A DNA stretch of 64,000 bases from an uncultured Acidimicrobiaceae bacterium (GCA_963840595.1 CAWIZQ010000001.1:15093-79092); one strand, 5' to 3'. Positions 46,872 through 57,210 are shown, numbered from the stretch's first letter. Program-made: numbers and translations. Notes: generated by a model from the sequence alone, not told the origin.

Positions 46872-48823
46872 CGAGCGTGACGACCTTTCGGCCGGCGTCG
46901 AATCGTGCGCCACCACCACCACGCGAGCACGAAGAGGGACCCAAAGGTAATGAGGTACCCCACCACCGAGGTGCCCGCGATGCGCACCTGGATGGCCGTG
47001 CGAGCCAAGACAACCTGGCCGTTGGGCGTGGTGAGAATGACCTGGAGGGTCAACGAGCTTCCTCGTGCGCCTGACACGGGTACACGGATCGACTCGGTGG
47101 GTGAGTTCATCACGAGGTCGACCGCATTGCCCCTGGGAAACGAGACGCGGTCCGTGACGAAGTGCACGACGGTGTCAACCGTGTAGTGCAGGTGCGAGAG
47201 GACCGTGATGGGCAGGTCGGTGCCGGATCCCGCGAGCGTGATGGTGCTCTGGTCGATCGAGAACTGGGCGAGTTGCTCATCCAGTAGGTGGGAGGCCGTG
47301 TTGATGGCGCTTTGACGCGCACTCGGTCCGCCACCCGATTCGGCCGACGCAACTGCAACACGCAAGACGGTGGCGATGTTGCTCGACCGGACACTCTGGG
47401 CGAAGGAGTTGACCTGGCCGATCAGGGACAGCAGCGACGAGACGTTGTGGGCCGACCATGTCGAGGACTGGCTCGTTGCGAGGGCGCGATCGACGGGCGC
47501 GCCGTTGGCGCCGACTTGAGTTGCGCCAAAGGAGGGCGAGAGCGAGACCAGCTGGCTGAAGGGACTGTCGTGCAAACCACTGAGCAAGTCGTCGAGAAAG
47601 GAGTCCGACGTGTCGTTGGCCGGAGTCTTGATGACGACCGAGCGCGAACTCTGGGCGAAGGGCTCCTCGAAGTGCAGAAACGCGAGGGTGGCCAGCACCA
47701 TCGCCGCGCGTCGACCGGGTTCGATGGCAGTGTCGTGCGTGAGCTGGGAGAGCGGACCGTCCTCGCTGAGCGCGACCAGGGACCCCGCACCCGCGACGTG
47801 AAAGGGCGCACCCCAGGTGAGGGTTGACGACGGCGCTTGGGTGAGGTCATCTTCGGGTAGGACCACCTCGTTGAATCCAGATCGCTCCAATGCAGCCAAA
47901 CTCGCGGGCGACTGGGCTCCACTCAGCAGGACCGGATCGTCCATGTAGTGACTCGTCATCTTCGCGAGCAGTTGACTAGTTAAGGTGAACTGCTCGCCGA
48001 CCTGACTGGCCAGGTGGTTCGCGTCGAGCCCGGCGAAGTCGATGGTGCTCGAGGGCGCGTCGATCACGCGATGCAGCGGGCTCAGCATGGCGCGATCGAG
48101 CGCACTGACCCAGGCGGGCCCGTGAGCGGCGTTGAGTTGGATGTCGGCGAGCACGGAGTAGCTAAGACCCAGGGTCACCGGCGAGTTCGTGAACCGTCCG
48201 ATCGTGTTGAGCACGTCAATGAAGTGCGTAGGTCGACGCAGGGCCCGCGGTGTGACGGGTACAACCAGGGTGACCTGGAGGGGCTTGTCGACCGAAGTCG
48301 ACTGCACGCTGAGCAGGGACCACTTGGTGATGGTGGTCCCGTTGGCGCTCAGCGTGTAGCGAATCGGATACACCCCGCCACAGCCATTCGACGAGCACGC
48401 GAGTTGTAGCCGCGGGGTGGCCCCATCGCACGAGCGCGGTGGGGCGGGCAACGTGCCCGTGTAGACGGTGACGATGAAGTTAGCCTGGCCGTTTTTCAGG
48501 CACTTGAGGTCGAAGTTGCCCGTCGTGGCGATCGCCCCCACTCGCGGACCCTGACCATTGACGATCGGCGCGAGTTCGCTCCGTACGGTGATGACCGGGT
48601 AGAGGGCCACGCTCATCTTGGCGCTGGAGGATGCGGGCGAGACGGCGATCGTGGTGCCAAAGCGAGCCGTTCCCTCGGCCGACAGTGCGGCCACCGCCCC
48701 CTGGTGCAGCACGGAAAAGGAGGTCGTTGTTGTCGCCCCCGAGGCCGAGGGCCACGTCGCCATGGCGAGGCCGAGGAGTACGACGCTGAGCACCCGCCAC
48801 CAGGTCGTCAGTCGGTGGGACAT
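46868..48823 (-). CDS. large secreted/anchored protein of unknown function (DUF6049-like, Rv3909-position homolog)
   Basis: Signal peptide (VLSVVLLGLAMATWPSASG) and a C-terminal TM with a basic tail (FGSLFVLAWWWWRTIRRRPKGRHAR). Translationally coupled to murJ. The family name is from memory. Confidence 0.55.
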   Translation of the reverse strand: MSHRLTTWWRVLSVVLLGLAMATWPSASGATTTTSFSVLHQGAVAALSAEGTARFGTTIAVSPASSSAKMSVALYPVITVRSELAPIVNGQGPRVGAIATTGNFDLKCLKNGQANFIVTVYTGTLPAPPRSCDGATPRLQLACSSNGCGGVYPIRYTLSANGTTITKWSLLSVQSTSVDKPLQVTLVVPVTPRALRRPTHFIDVLNTIGRFTNSPVTLGLSYSVLADIQLNAAHGPAWVSALDRAMLSPLHRVIDAPSSTIDFAGLDANHLASQVGEQFTLTSQLLAKMTSHYMDDPVLLSGAQSPASLAALERSGFNEVVLPEDDLTQAPSSTLTWGAPFHVAGAGSLVALSEDGPLSQLTHDTAIEPGRRAAMVLATLAFLHFEEPFAQSSRSVVIKTPANDTSDSFLDDLLSGLHDSPFSQLVSLSPSFGATQVGANGAPVDRALATSQSSTWSAHNVSSLLSLIGQVNSFAQSVRSSNIATVLRVAVASAESGGGPSARQSAINTASHLLDEQLAQFSIDQSTITLAGSGTDLPITVLSHLHYTVDTVVHFVTDRVSFPRGNAVDLVMNSPTESIRVPVSGARGSSLTLQVILTTPNGQVVLARTAIQVRIAGTSVVGYLITFGSLFVLAWWWWRTIRRRPKGRHAR

Positions 48824-48883
48824 TGCTCCCTAAGGCTACCTTCGAGTGGGTGCGCAGCCGGGCGCCACTACCCTTCTTTCGCA

Positions 48884-50311
48884 GTGACTTCCTTCACCAA
48901 CGCCCACGACGCACTGCGCGAACTCGCGCATCTCGCGCGTCCACTCGCTGACGCATTCGCGGACGCGGGCTTCTCCCTCTACGCCGTGGGCGGCTCGGTG
49001 AGAGATGCGTTGCTCGGTGTCGAGCGAGGCGAGGACTTCGAGATCGACTTCACGACCAACGCCCGGCCCGACGACATCGAACGACTGATGAAGCCCCTCA
49101 CCAGCGCGCTCTGGCAGCAGGGTCGGGCCTTTGGCACCATCGGTGGCACCCTGCGCGAGGGCGATATCAAGGCCGAGGTGACCACGTTTCGCTCCGAGGC
49201 CTACGTCGATCACTCCCGTAAACCGTCGGTGGAGTGGGGTGATTCGCTTGAGGCAGACCTCTCGCGGCGCGATTTCACCATCAACGCCCTCGCCCTGGAC
49301 GTGATCGCCCTGAATCGCGACACTCCGGGCGTGCAGACCCTCTTCGACTACTTCGGCGGTTTCCAGGACCTGGCCGATCGCGTACTGCGAACACCGATCG
49401 ATCCGGAGATCCTCTTTCGCGACGATCCGCTACGCATGCTGCGAGCCGCGCGATTCGCCGCACGTTTTTCTCTCGCCATCGATCCCGCGGTGGAGACGGC
49501 GGCCACGGCGATGGCCGAGCAGCTCCAAAAAGTCTCGGCCGAACGGGTGCGCGGCGAGCTCGACCTTCTGTTGTTGAGCCCTCAACCATCCGTGGGTCTG
49601 GACTTCATCGTGCGCACGGGTTTGGCGGAGTACTTCTTTCCCGAACTACCCAAACTCCAACTGGAACAAGACCCGGTCCATCAGCACAAAGACGTGCTCA
49701 AGCACACCTGGGCCGTGGTCGACAAGACCTCGCCCGACCTGACGTTGCGACTGGCCGCGCTCTTTCACGACATCGCCAAGCCCAACACGCGCTCGATCAC
49801 CGACGATGGCGTGACGTTTCGCTTCCACGACGTGGTGGGAGCTCGCATGACGCGCACCCGCATGGCCGAACTGAAGTACTCCCAAGATCTCATCGACGAC
49901 GTGGCGACTCTCGTGGAGTTGCACATGCGTTTTCACACGTACAAGCTGGGCTGGAGCGATCGCGCAGTGCGTCGCTACGTGCGCGACGCCGGCCCTTTAC
50001 TCGATCAGCTCAACGAACTCACCCGCAGCGACTGCACCACGCGTAATGCGAGGCGCGCCGAGATGCTGGCCGCACGCATGGATGAACTCGAAGCGCGCAT
50101 CGGTGAACTGCGAGAAGAAGAGGACCTCAGTCGCCTTCGCCCCGCCCTCGATGGCGACCAGGTGATGGAGATCCTTAATATCCGCCCGAGTCGAGTGGTG
50201 GGCGAGGCGCTCGACTTCTTGATGGAGATTCGCCTGGACGAGGGCGAGATCGATATCGACGAGGCGGCTGTGCGACTCCGGGCCTGGTGGGCGCAGCGGA
50301 ACCACGAATGA
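48884..50311 (+). CDS. cca: CCA-adding enzyme / poly(A) polymerase family (PcnA-like) with HD domain
   Basis: Nucleotidyltransferase motif YAVGGSVRDALLG...DFEIDFTT, followed by RDFTINAL and HD-like HDIAKP. GTG start at 48884. Confidence 0.85.
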   Translation: MTSFTNAHDALRELAHLARPLADAFADAGFSLYAVGGSVRDALLGVERGEDFEIDFTTNARPDDIERLMKPLTSALWQQGRAFGTIGGTLREGDIKAEVTTFRSEAYVDHSRKPSVEWGDSLEADLSRRDFTINALALDVIALNRDTPGVQTLFDYFGGFQDLADRVLRTPIDPEILFRDDPLRMLRAARFAARFSLAIDPAVETAATAMAEQLQKVSAERVRGELDLLLLSPQPSVGLDFIVRTGLAEYFFPELPKLQLEQDPVHQHKDVLKHTWAVVDKTSPDLTLRLAALFHDIAKPNTRSITDDGVTFRFHDVVGARMTRTRMAELKYSQDLIDDVATLVELHMRFHTYKLGWSDRAVRRYVRDAGPLLDQLNELTRSDCTTRNARRAEMLAARMDELEARIGELREEEDLSRLRPALDGDQVMEILNIRPSRVVGEALDFLMEIRLDEGEIDIDEAAVRLRAWWAQRNHE

Positions 50312-50312
50312 A

Positions 50313-50340
50313 GAAAGCCCCCGCCGAAGCGGGGGCTTTC
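50313..50340. terminator. bidirectional stem-loop between convergent cca and ino1
   Basis: gaaagcccccgc-cgaa-gcgggggctttc forms a perfect 12-bp stem, flanked by A/T residues. Confidence 0.7.
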
Positions 50341-50359
50341 TCCTAGGAGAGGGTGGCCG

Positions 50360-51451
50360 TCAGGGCCAGACGGGGTTCTCGGCCCCCTCGGCGAAGGCGC
50401 CGATCATGTCGTGGGCGACATCGTCGTGGAACTGCACGGGCGGGGACTTCATGAAGTAGGCCGAGGGTCCGAGCAGCGGTCCGCCGATGCCGCGGTCCAG
50501 CGCCAACTTGGCACATCGCACCGCGTCGATGATGACGCCGGCGGAGTTGGGCGAGTCCCACACTTCTAGCTTGAGCTCGATGTTGAGCGGCGCGTCACCG
50601 AAGTTGCGGCCCTCCATGCGGATGTAGGCCCACTTGCGGTCCTCCAGCCACGGCACGTGGTCGCTCGGTCCGATGTGCACGTTGTCCGCGCCAATGTCGT
50701 TGAACTCGATCTGGCTGGTGACGGCTTGGGTCTTGGAGACCTTCTTGGACTCGAGGCGGTCGCGGTCGAGCATGTTCTTAAAGTCCATGTTCCCGCCGAC
50801 GTTCAGCTGGTAGGTGCGGTCCAGGGTGAGCCCGCGGTCCTCGAAGAGGCGCGTGAGCACACGGTGCACGATCGTGGCACCCACCTGGCTCTTGATGTCG
50901 TCGCCAATGATGGGCACACCCGCGTCGCGGAACTTCTTGGCCCACACGGGGTCCGAGGCGATGAAGACCGGAATGGCGTTCACGAACGCGACGCCGGCGT
51001 CGATGGCCGCTTGGGCGTAGTAGCGCTGGGCGTCTTCCGAGCCGACGGGCAGGTAGGAGACGAGAACGTCGGCCTTGGCTTCGCGCAGCGCGCGTGCCAC
51101 GTCGACGGGCTCAAAGGGAGACTCCTCGATGACGGCGCGGTAGTACTTGTTGAGGCCGTCCAGGGTCGGGCCGCGCTGAACCATGACGCCCAAGGTGGCC
51201 ACGTCGGCGAACTTGAGCGTGTTATTCATACCGCCGTCGATGGCCTTGCCGAGGTCGTTGCCGACCTTGGAGGCGTCCACGTCGAAGGCCGCGACGAACT
51301 CTAAGTCGCTGACGTGATAGCCGCCTAGCTCGACGTTCATCAGACCCGGGACGTGGTCTTCCTTCTTGGCGTCGCGGTAGTACGTCACGCCCTGGATCAG
51401 CGAACTGGCACAGTTGCCCACGCCCGCGATCGCTACTCGAATCTTGTTCAT
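50360..51451 (-). CDS. ino1: myo-inositol-1-phosphate synthase
   Basis: N-terminal [18 protein letters not shown] and overall similarity to actinobacterial Ino1. A PadR gene lies upstream, as in mycobacteria. Confidence 0.9.
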   Translation of the reverse strand: MNKIRVAIAGVGNCASSLIQGVTYYRDAKKEDHVPGLMNVELGGYHVSDLEFVAAFDVDASKVGNDLGKAIDGGMNNTLKFADVATLGVMVQRGPTLDGLNKYYRAVIEESPFEPVDVARALREAKADVLVSYLPVGSEDAQRYYAQAAIDAGVAFVNAIPVFIASDPVWAKKFRDAGVPIIGDDIKSQVGATIVHRVLTRLFEDRGLTLDRTYQLNVGGNMDFKNMLDRDRLESKKVSKTQAVTSQIEFNDIGADNVHIGPSDHVPWLEDRKWAYIRMEGRNFGDAPLNIELKLEVWDSPNSAGVIIDAVRCAKLALDRGIGGPLLGPSAYFMKSPPVQFHDDVAHDMIGAFAEGAENPVWP

Positions 51452-51462
51452 GACTTCCTTTC

Positions 51463-52083
51463 CTACTTCGCTTCGGTCGCGAAGGTTTCCTTACTGCGTT
51501 CGCTGGACAACATGTCGTCGATCCACGCGAGATCTAGTTCGACGCCTCTCGCGGCGTGTTCCATCACGCCGCGCGCGTAGTCGTCGAGTTCCACGTTGCG
51601 CTCGCCGGTTCTCACTTCGGCCAGGCGCTCGAGCAGGTCGGCGCGGCGGCGCTCTAAGAGCCCCACCCGCCTCGTTGAAGAGAGGTGCTTGGCGAGAGCC
51701 ATGCGCAACGAGAAGTTCTTGGCCGAGTCCAGTGTCGAGGGGTCGCTCAAAAGAGAGACGAACTCCTCGCGGCCCAGCGCAGTGATGCGATAGACCTTGC
51801 GACCGCGACGCCCGAGCCCCGAACTCGCGCGTAACGAGCGCAGCGAGGCGCGTTCGCCTGAGAGCGAACCGGTCGAGAGAGAGGTCAGTCGCGGCGCAAC
51901 GGGCAGAACTGCCTCGACGAGGCCGTGGCGTTCGAGACGCGCGAGGGCGGGATAGATCGATCCAAAAGAGACGTTCGCCCACATTCCGAGCCGGTCGCGG
52001 AGCTGAGTGCGGATCTCATATCCATGGTGATCACGTTCCATCAGCAGGCCCAAGATGGCGATGTCTAACACGCGATCCATCAT
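51463..52083 (-). CDS. PadR-family transcriptional regulator
   Basis: [23 protein letters not shown]...[16 protein letters not shown] wHTH. Confidence 0.85.
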   Translation of the reverse strand: MMDRVLDIAILGLLMERDHHGYEIRTQLRDRLGMWANVSFGSIYPALARLERHGLVEAVLPVAPRLTSLSTGSLSGERASLRSLRASSGLGRRGRKVYRITALGREEFVSLLSDPSTLDSAKNFSLRMALAKHLSSTRRVGLLERRRADLLERLAEVRTGERNVELDDYARGVMEHAARGVELDLAWIDDMLSSERSKETFATEAK

Positions 52084-52154
52084 ATCACTTCGATATATCG
52101 AGCGTGACGGTCCGTGTACAGACCAGGTATTTACCGGATGTAGCATCACCACCA

Positions 52155-52580
52155 ATGGATAAGCGATTCCGTTCGAGCACCGCCAACGGGGCCGTGGTCG
52201 AGTTCGGGCTTGTCCGCCACGCGCTCCTCGCCAAACTCGCGACGGGTCTGCTGCGCTACGAGGACGTCTGTGACGCCCACCCCGAGCTGCTGCGTGCCGG
52301 GCGCAACCTCGGGCGCAAGACCGGAGAGACCTGCCCGGTCTGTGGCGACGCCGAACTGGTGGAGGTGACGTACGTCTTTGGCGTGCGTCTGCCGTCGGGC
52401 GGTACGTGCCCGGCCACGCGAGCTGAACTGCTCAAGCTCGAGCGTCGTGAGGAGCCGGTGCAGTGCTACGCGGTCGAGATCTGCGTGGAGTGCTCGTTTC
52501 ATCACCTGGCTCGCAAGTGGGCGGCCGGGGGACGTCGTTCGCGTCGCCGCGCGCCGCTGGCGCGTGAGGTGGGCGAGTGA
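52155..52580 (+). CDS. DUF5318-like zinc-ribbon protein
   Basis: CPVCGD...CVECSF four-Cys pattern. It is divergent from the padR-ino1 pair, as in other actinobacteria. The family name is from memory. Confidence 0.55.
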   Translation: MDKRFRSSTANGAVVEFGLVRHALLAKLATGLLRYEDVCDAHPELLRAGRNLGRKTGETCPVCGDAELVEVTYVFGVRLPSGGTCPATRAELLKLERREEPVQCYAVEICVECSFHHLARKWAAGGRRSRRRAPLAREVGE

Positions 52581-53398
52581 AGCTCTCCGCCCCCCAGATC
52601 AAGGCGCGCAAGCGTCGTAACGGAAGCGCGCCCTTGGTAATGGTGACCGCCTACGACGAGCCCGGCGCGCGACTCGTCGCTGCTGCCGGGGTGGACATTC
52701 TTCTGGTGGGCGACTCGGTCGCCAACGTCGTCATGGGACAAGAGGACACGCTGCACGTGAGCGTCGAGGAGATCTGTCACCACGTGCGCGCGGTCGCCGC
52801 CGCCAAGCCCGACGTGCACATCGTCGCCGACATGCCCTGGCTGAGCTACCACGTCAGCATCGAAGACAGCGTGCGCAACGCCGCGCGAATCATTCGCAGC
52901 GGGGCCGACAGCGTCAAACTCGAAGGGGGTCGCGTGCGCCGCGACGTCGTGCGCGCGATACTTGACGCCGAGATTCCTGTCATGGGACACCTCGGTCTCA
53001 CTCCCCAGAGCATGCTGACCTTCGGGGGATTCAAGGTGCAGGCCAAGACCCGCGAGGCCGCGCACCAACTGGAACTCGACGCGAAGATCCTCCAGGACGA
53101 GGGCGTCTTTGCCATCGTGATTGAAGGAGTGCCGAACATCGTGGGAACCCGGGTAACCGCCGCTCTGGACATTCCCACCATCGGGATCGGCGCGGGACCC
53201 GACACCGACGGTCAGGTCCTGGTCTTTCACGACCTCCTGGGCCTGGGTAAGAATCGCCCGGCCAAGTTCGTGCGCCAGTACGCCGACCTCGGTTCGGCGA
53301 TCACCGAGGCGGTCTCACACTTCGCCAATGACGTGCGCGCGGGCTCGTTTCCCGGACCCGATGAGGTCTACCCCAATCCCGACGAGCTGGTGAACTAA
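52577..53398 (+). CDS. panB: 3-methyl-2-oxobutanoate hydroxymethyltransferase
   Basis: MVTAYD, LLVGDSVANVVMG, VKLEGG and GHLGLTPQS motifs. Confidence 0.93.
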   Translation: MKLSAPQIKARKRRNGSAPLVMVTAYDEPGARLVAAAGVDILLVGDSVANVVMGQEDTLHVSVEEICHHVRAVAAAKPDVHIVADMPWLSYHVSIEDSVRNAARIIRSGADSVKLEGGRVRRDVVRAILDAEIPVMGHLGLTPQSMLTFGGFKVQAKTREAAHQLELDAKILQDEGVFAIVIEGVPNIVGTRVTAALDIPTIGIGAGPDTDGQVLVFHDLLGLGKNRPAKFVRQYADLGSAITEAVSHFANDVRAGSFPGPDEVYPNPDELVN

Positions 53399-53421
53399 GC
53401 CTTCCGAGCGAAAGGACCGTC

Positions 53422-53787
53422 GTGGCGCTCAGCGTGGTCAACGTGGGACTCGATTGTGAGGACGTGTGGCGGGTGGTCAACTTCTGGTCGGCGGCCCTGG
53501 GCCAGAGCGTTGATGAGGGCAGCAGCGAGGTGTTTGCGTCCATCGGCGGCGCCGATGCCGTGCGATCGCAACCAGCGTGGTTCTTTCACAAGGTGCCCGA
53601 ACCGCAGACGACGAAGAACCGCGTCCACGTCGATCTGGTCGATCCCAGCGAGAACCGAGTAGCGCGTCTGGTGGACTTAGGCGCACGCGTGGTCGAAGAA
53701 CACGACATCGGCTTTCACAGCTGGACGGTGATGGAGGACCCCGAGGGCCACGTCTTTTGCGTGGCGGCCAAGGTCTACGCCGGCTGA
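53422..53787 (+). CDS. VOC/glyoxalase-like family protein
   Basis: 121 aa with a VOC-like pattern (NVGLDCEDVWRVVNFW...MEDPEGHVFCV). Confidence 0.65.
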   Translation: MALSVVNVGLDCEDVWRVVNFWSAALGQSVDEGSSEVFASIGGADAVRSQPAWFFHKVPEPQTTKNRVHVDLVDPSENRVARLVDLGARVVEEHDIGFHSWTVMEDPEGHVFCVAAKVYAG

Positions 53788-53918
53788 GATCGTCGAACTG
53801 GCTGTTTTGTCACCCAGACGGTAGACTTCTTCGTCCACAGTTGTGGGAAATCAATTGAACCCTGCTCTGTTTTCCGCAGAGCCCGATTTATTCGGACCAA
53901 AGGGAAAGGAAAAAGGCC

Positions 53919-54239
53919 ATGAGGCCCTATGAATCAATGATCGTGTTCGACACGACCGTCGACGCGCAGTCGATCCAGATCGCTCTGGACCGCGCGCTCG
54001 AAACCATCCGTGCCAACGGAGGAATCCCGGGAAACATCGACCGTTGGGGCAAGCGTCCGTTGGCGTACGAGATCAACAAGCGCAAAGAGGGGTACTACGT
54101 CCTGGTGGAGTTCAGTGGCGAGTCGTCGACGGTTGACGAGCTCGATCGCATACTGACCCTCTCCGACGAAGTCCTGCGCTTCAAGATCCTCAAGCGTCAC
54201 GTGCGACCGACCACCTCCGCCGTCAGTGCGCAGGCCTAA
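53919..54239 (+). CDS. rpsF: 30S ribosomal protein S6
   Basis: MRPYESMIVFD...DRWGKRPLAYEI. Confidence 0.95.
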   Translation: MRPYESMIVFDTTVDAQSIQIALDRALETIRANGGIPGNIDRWGKRPLAYEINKRKEGYYVLVEFSGESSTVDELDRILTLSDEVLRFKILKRHVRPTTSAVSAQA

Positions 54240-54268
54240 GTTCAGACGCGTAGCGCTAAGGAGACACC

Positions 54269-54724
54269 ATGCCTGATAACACCATCACCGTCGCCGGGAA
54301 CATCACCCGCGACCCCGAGCTCAAGTTCTTGAACTCCGGACAGGCCGCCGTTCGCCTGTCGATCGCTGTCAATCGCCGCTGGCAGAACCGCCAGACCCAG
54401 GAGTGGGAAGAGCGCGTGTCGTACTTCGAGGTCGCCGGTTACGGCGCCCTCGCCGAGAACGCAGCCAACTCTCTCACCAAGGGCACCCGAGTCATCGTCT
54501 CGGGCCGCCTGGAGCAGCGCAGCTGGGAGACCGAGAACGGCGAGAAGCGCTCGATCGTCGAGATCAACGCCGACGAGATCGCTCCGTCACTGCGCTTCGC
54601 GACCGCCGTGGTCACCCGCACCCCGCGCGCGGAGGGCTCGAACTTTTCGTCGCCGGATCGTCCCGCCCCGCGTACGAACGCACCCAGCAGTAGTAGTTAC
54701 GAATTTGATGAGGAGCCCTTCTAG
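54269..54724 (+). CDS. ssb: single-stranded DNA-binding protein
   Basis: OB-fold N-terminus ([15 protein letters not shown]) and an acidic C-terminal tip FDEEPF. Confidence 0.95.
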   Translation: MPDNTITVAGNITRDPELKFLNSGQAAVRLSIAVNRRWQNRQTQEWEERVSYFEVAGYGALAENAANSLTKGTRVIVSGRLEQRSWETENGEKRSIVEINADEIAPSLRFATAVVTRTPRAEGSNFSSPDRPAPRTNAPSSSSYEFDEEPF

Positions 54725-55185
54725 TGCCACGTATTAATAACCCCAAGCCGCCCAAGCGCGCGCCAAAGATCGACATCCGTCGCGGCGCGAAGAAGAAGCC
54801 CTGCGCGTTCTGTCAGCACGGTGTCGATCGCGTGGACTACAAGGACCTCGCCCAGTTGCGCAAATACATCTCGGACCGCGGCAAGATTCGCGGCCGCAAG
54901 GTCTCGGGCAACTGCCAACAGCACCAGCGCGACGTGAGCGAGGCCATCAAGACCGCGCGCGAGTTGGCGCTGCTGCCCTACACCCAGCGCACCGTGACCG
55001 AGCGTCGTGGTGGTCGGGGTCGAGACGGAGGTCGTGACGACCGCGGTCCGCGTGGTCCGCGTCCCAGTCGCGACAACGCCGACGCCACTCCCGTCGCGCG
55101 CCCCGAGGCCGAGGGTGACGTGATTGAGGACGCCAGCGTCGCCGCCGAGGTCCTCGTTCCCAGTGCCGAGGAGACGAGCGAATGA
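54724..55185 (+). CDS. rpsR: 30S ribosomal protein S18 with about 75-aa Arg/Gly-rich then acidic C-terminal extension
   Basis: S18 core ([64 protein letters not shown]). The GTG overlaps the ssb TAG by 1 nt. Confidence 0.9.
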   Translation: MPRINNPKPPKRAPKIDIRRGAKKKPCAFCQHGVDRVDYKDLAQLRKYISDRGKIRGRKVSGNCQQHQRDVSEAIKTARELALLPYTQRTVTERRGGRGRDGGRDDRGPRGPRPSRDNADATPVARPEAEGDVIEDASVAAEVLVPSAEETSE

Positions 55186-55628
55186 AGGTCCTCCTTCGAA
55201 GTGATGTGCGCGGACTCGGGCGGCGCGGGGACATCGTCGACGTGAAGAATGGCTACGCCCGCAACTTCTTGCTGCCCTCGGGGGCGGCGTTGCCCGCGAG
55301 CGACTCCAGTGAGAGCCAAGCTACCTTGATGCGCAAGGCGCGCGACATCCTGGACGCCAAGAGCCGCGAAGCGGCCGAGGCACAGAAGGCATTAATTGAG
55401 AAAGAGACGGTGACCATCGCCGCGCGCGCGGGTGCGAATGGACGACTGTTCGGTTCGATCACCGAATCGGACGTCGTGAATGCACTGCGCACCGCAACGG
55501 GCATCTCGCTGGATCGCCACGCGATCACTCTCGCCGAGCACTTGAAAGAAGTCGGTGCCGCCACGGCTACCGCGACGCTCTTTGACGGCGTCGAGGCGAC
55601 GATATCCATCGAGGTTGTCGCTAAGTAG
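55182..55628 (+). CDS. rplI: 50S ribosomal protein L9
   Basis: [32 protein letters not shown]. Confidence 0.95.
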   Translation: MKVLLRSDVRGLGRRGDIVDVKNGYARNFLLPSGAALPASDSSESQATLMRKARDILDAKSREAAEAQKALIEKETVTIAARAGANGRLFGSITESDVVNALRTATGISLDRHAITLAEHLKEVGAATATATLFDGVEATISIEVVAK

Positions 55629-55647
55629 TTTTTCAGGATTTGATAGT

Positions 55648-55687
55648 GAGAGTCGCCGGGGAGTTTGTCCCCGGCGACTCTCCTTTC
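55648..55687 (+). terminator. intrinsic-terminator-like hairpin after rplI
   Basis: gagagtcgccgggga-gtttg-tccccggcgactctc is a perfect 15-bp stem (55648-55682) followed by ctttc, which is only a weak T tract. Confidence 0.65.
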
Positions 55688-55838
55688 AACAGTACGAACC
55701 CATGTCACAGACCGTTGCGAGACTGTGTCGCGTGTCGGTCGTTACTTTCTACACAGGCTTTCCCCAGTATGTCCTTACCCAATCCTCAACCTTCCCGTCT
55801 TGTTACGGGCAAGCACCATCGACAAGCGTTGAAGTCTT

Positions 55839-57203
55839 ATGACGCAGATTGACATCGAGCGACCACGAGCCGCGTCTGGCGGCCGTGTTCCACCCAGCGT
55901 CATCGAGGCCGAAGAGTCATTAATTGGTGCGATGTTGCTGTCGCCCGAGGCGGTGAGCGTCGCGTACGAAACAGTCCAGGTCGAGGATTTCTACCGTCCG
56001 CTGCACGGTCAGATCTTCGGCGCGATCATCGCGCTCGCTCACGCGGGCGAGCCCGTGGACTACGTGACAGTCCAGGCGAAGCTCCAAGAGCGTGGCGCGG
56101 TGGCGGTCGAACTGGCGGTGCTCTCCGCACTGCAACTCAACACGCCCTCGGCCGCCAATGCACTGCACTACGCCGAACTGGTCCGCGAAAAAGCTCAACA
56201 GCGCCGACTCATCGCGGTGGCGGGAGAGATCGTCGACGACGCCTACGTCGCAACTGACGATGTGGTCGGGCTCATCGACGAAGCCGAGCGCAAGATCAAC
56301 GCCATCGCCGACGACCGCAAGGTCGACTCAGTCTCCCCACTGCAAAGGCTGTTGCTCAACGAGGCCGACATCCTTGAATTGCGTGGTGAGACCCGCGGTC
56401 AGTTCAACGGCCTCGAGACTGGATACCGGTCGCTCGACGGCATCCTCCAGGGACTACAGAAGAGCTCAATGACGATCGTGGGCGCGCGCCCGGCGACGGG
56501 AAAGACCGCCTTCGCGCTGGGCATCTTGATCCACGTGGGTGCTGTGGTGAATCGACCCGCGCTGTTCTTCTCCCTCGAGATGAGCCGCCAGGAGTTGGCC
56601 GAACGGATCCTGGCCTCCACCGCGCGCATCGACTCATCCAAGCTGCGCACCGGTGACCTTTCCGAAGCCGACTGGAATCGCGCGCACGACGCCTTCGGGT
56701 ACCTCCAGTCGGCCAAAGTCTTCATCGACGACAACCCGGCGCTCACGATCATGGACGTTCGCGCTCGCGCGCGGCGCATCAAGCAGCAAAACGGCGACCT
56801 CGGCGTGATCATCATCGACTACCTCCAGCTGATGTCGAGTCGCGGTCGCGCCGAGAACCGCCAGGTCGAGGTCTCCGAGATGAGTCGTTCGCTCAAAATC
56901 CTCGCGCGTGAGCTGGAGTGCCCGGTCGTCGCCCTCAGTCAGCTCTCGCGGAAACTTGAAGAACGCGCCGACAAGCGGCCGATGATGTCGGACCTACGAG
57001 AGTCAGGCTCGCTGGAACAGGACGCCGACGTCGTGTTGTTCCTCTATCGTCCCGAGATCTACGGCGAGGTCACCAACGACATGAAGGCTGACGCTGAGAT
57101 CATCGTGGGCAAGAACCGCAACGGTCCCACGCGCACGGCGCACCTCACGTGGCGCGGGGAGTTCGCGCGATTCGACAACGTCGCCGACAATGGGGGCATC
57201 TAA
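55839..57203 (+). CDS. dnaB: replicative DNA helicase DnaB (no intein)
   Basis: N-terminal PPSVIEAEESLIGAML, Walker A GARPATGKTAFAL, Walker B IIIDYLQLM and LSQLSR. Confidence 0.95.
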   Translation: MTQIDIERPRAASGGRVPPSVIEAEESLIGAMLLSPEAVSVAYETVQVEDFYRPLHGQIFGAIIALAHAGEPVDYVTVQAKLQERGAVAVELAVLSALQLNTPSAANALHYAELVREKAQQRRLIAVAGEIVDDAYVATDDVVGLIDEAERKINAIADDRKVDSVSPLQRLLLNEADILELRGETRGQFNGLETGYRSLDGILQGLQKSSMTIVGARPATGKTAFALGILIHVGAVVNRPALFFSLEMSRQELAERILASTARIDSSKLRTGDLSEADWNRAHDAFGYLQSAKVFIDDNPALTIMDVRARARRIKQQNGDLGVIIIDYLQLMSSRGRAENRQVEVSEMSRSLKILARELECPVVALSQLSRKLEERADKRPMMSDLRESGSLEQDADVVLFLYRPEIYGEVTNDMKADAEIIVGKNRNGPTRTAHLTWRGEFARFDNVADNGGI

Positions 57204-57210
57204 GAGTTAT

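Noticed and set aside
48704-48883. An upstream extension of the CCA-adding enzyme ORF. Analogous N-terminal extensions occur at 13921-14019 (aquaporin), 17012-17200 (lepB), 38772-38864 (rsmG), 43044-43151 (trxA) and 52084-52155 (padR).
   Set aside because: The extensions overlap neighbouring genes or encode Arg/Gly-rich non-homologous leaders. In each case an internal start gives the N-terminus typical of the family.
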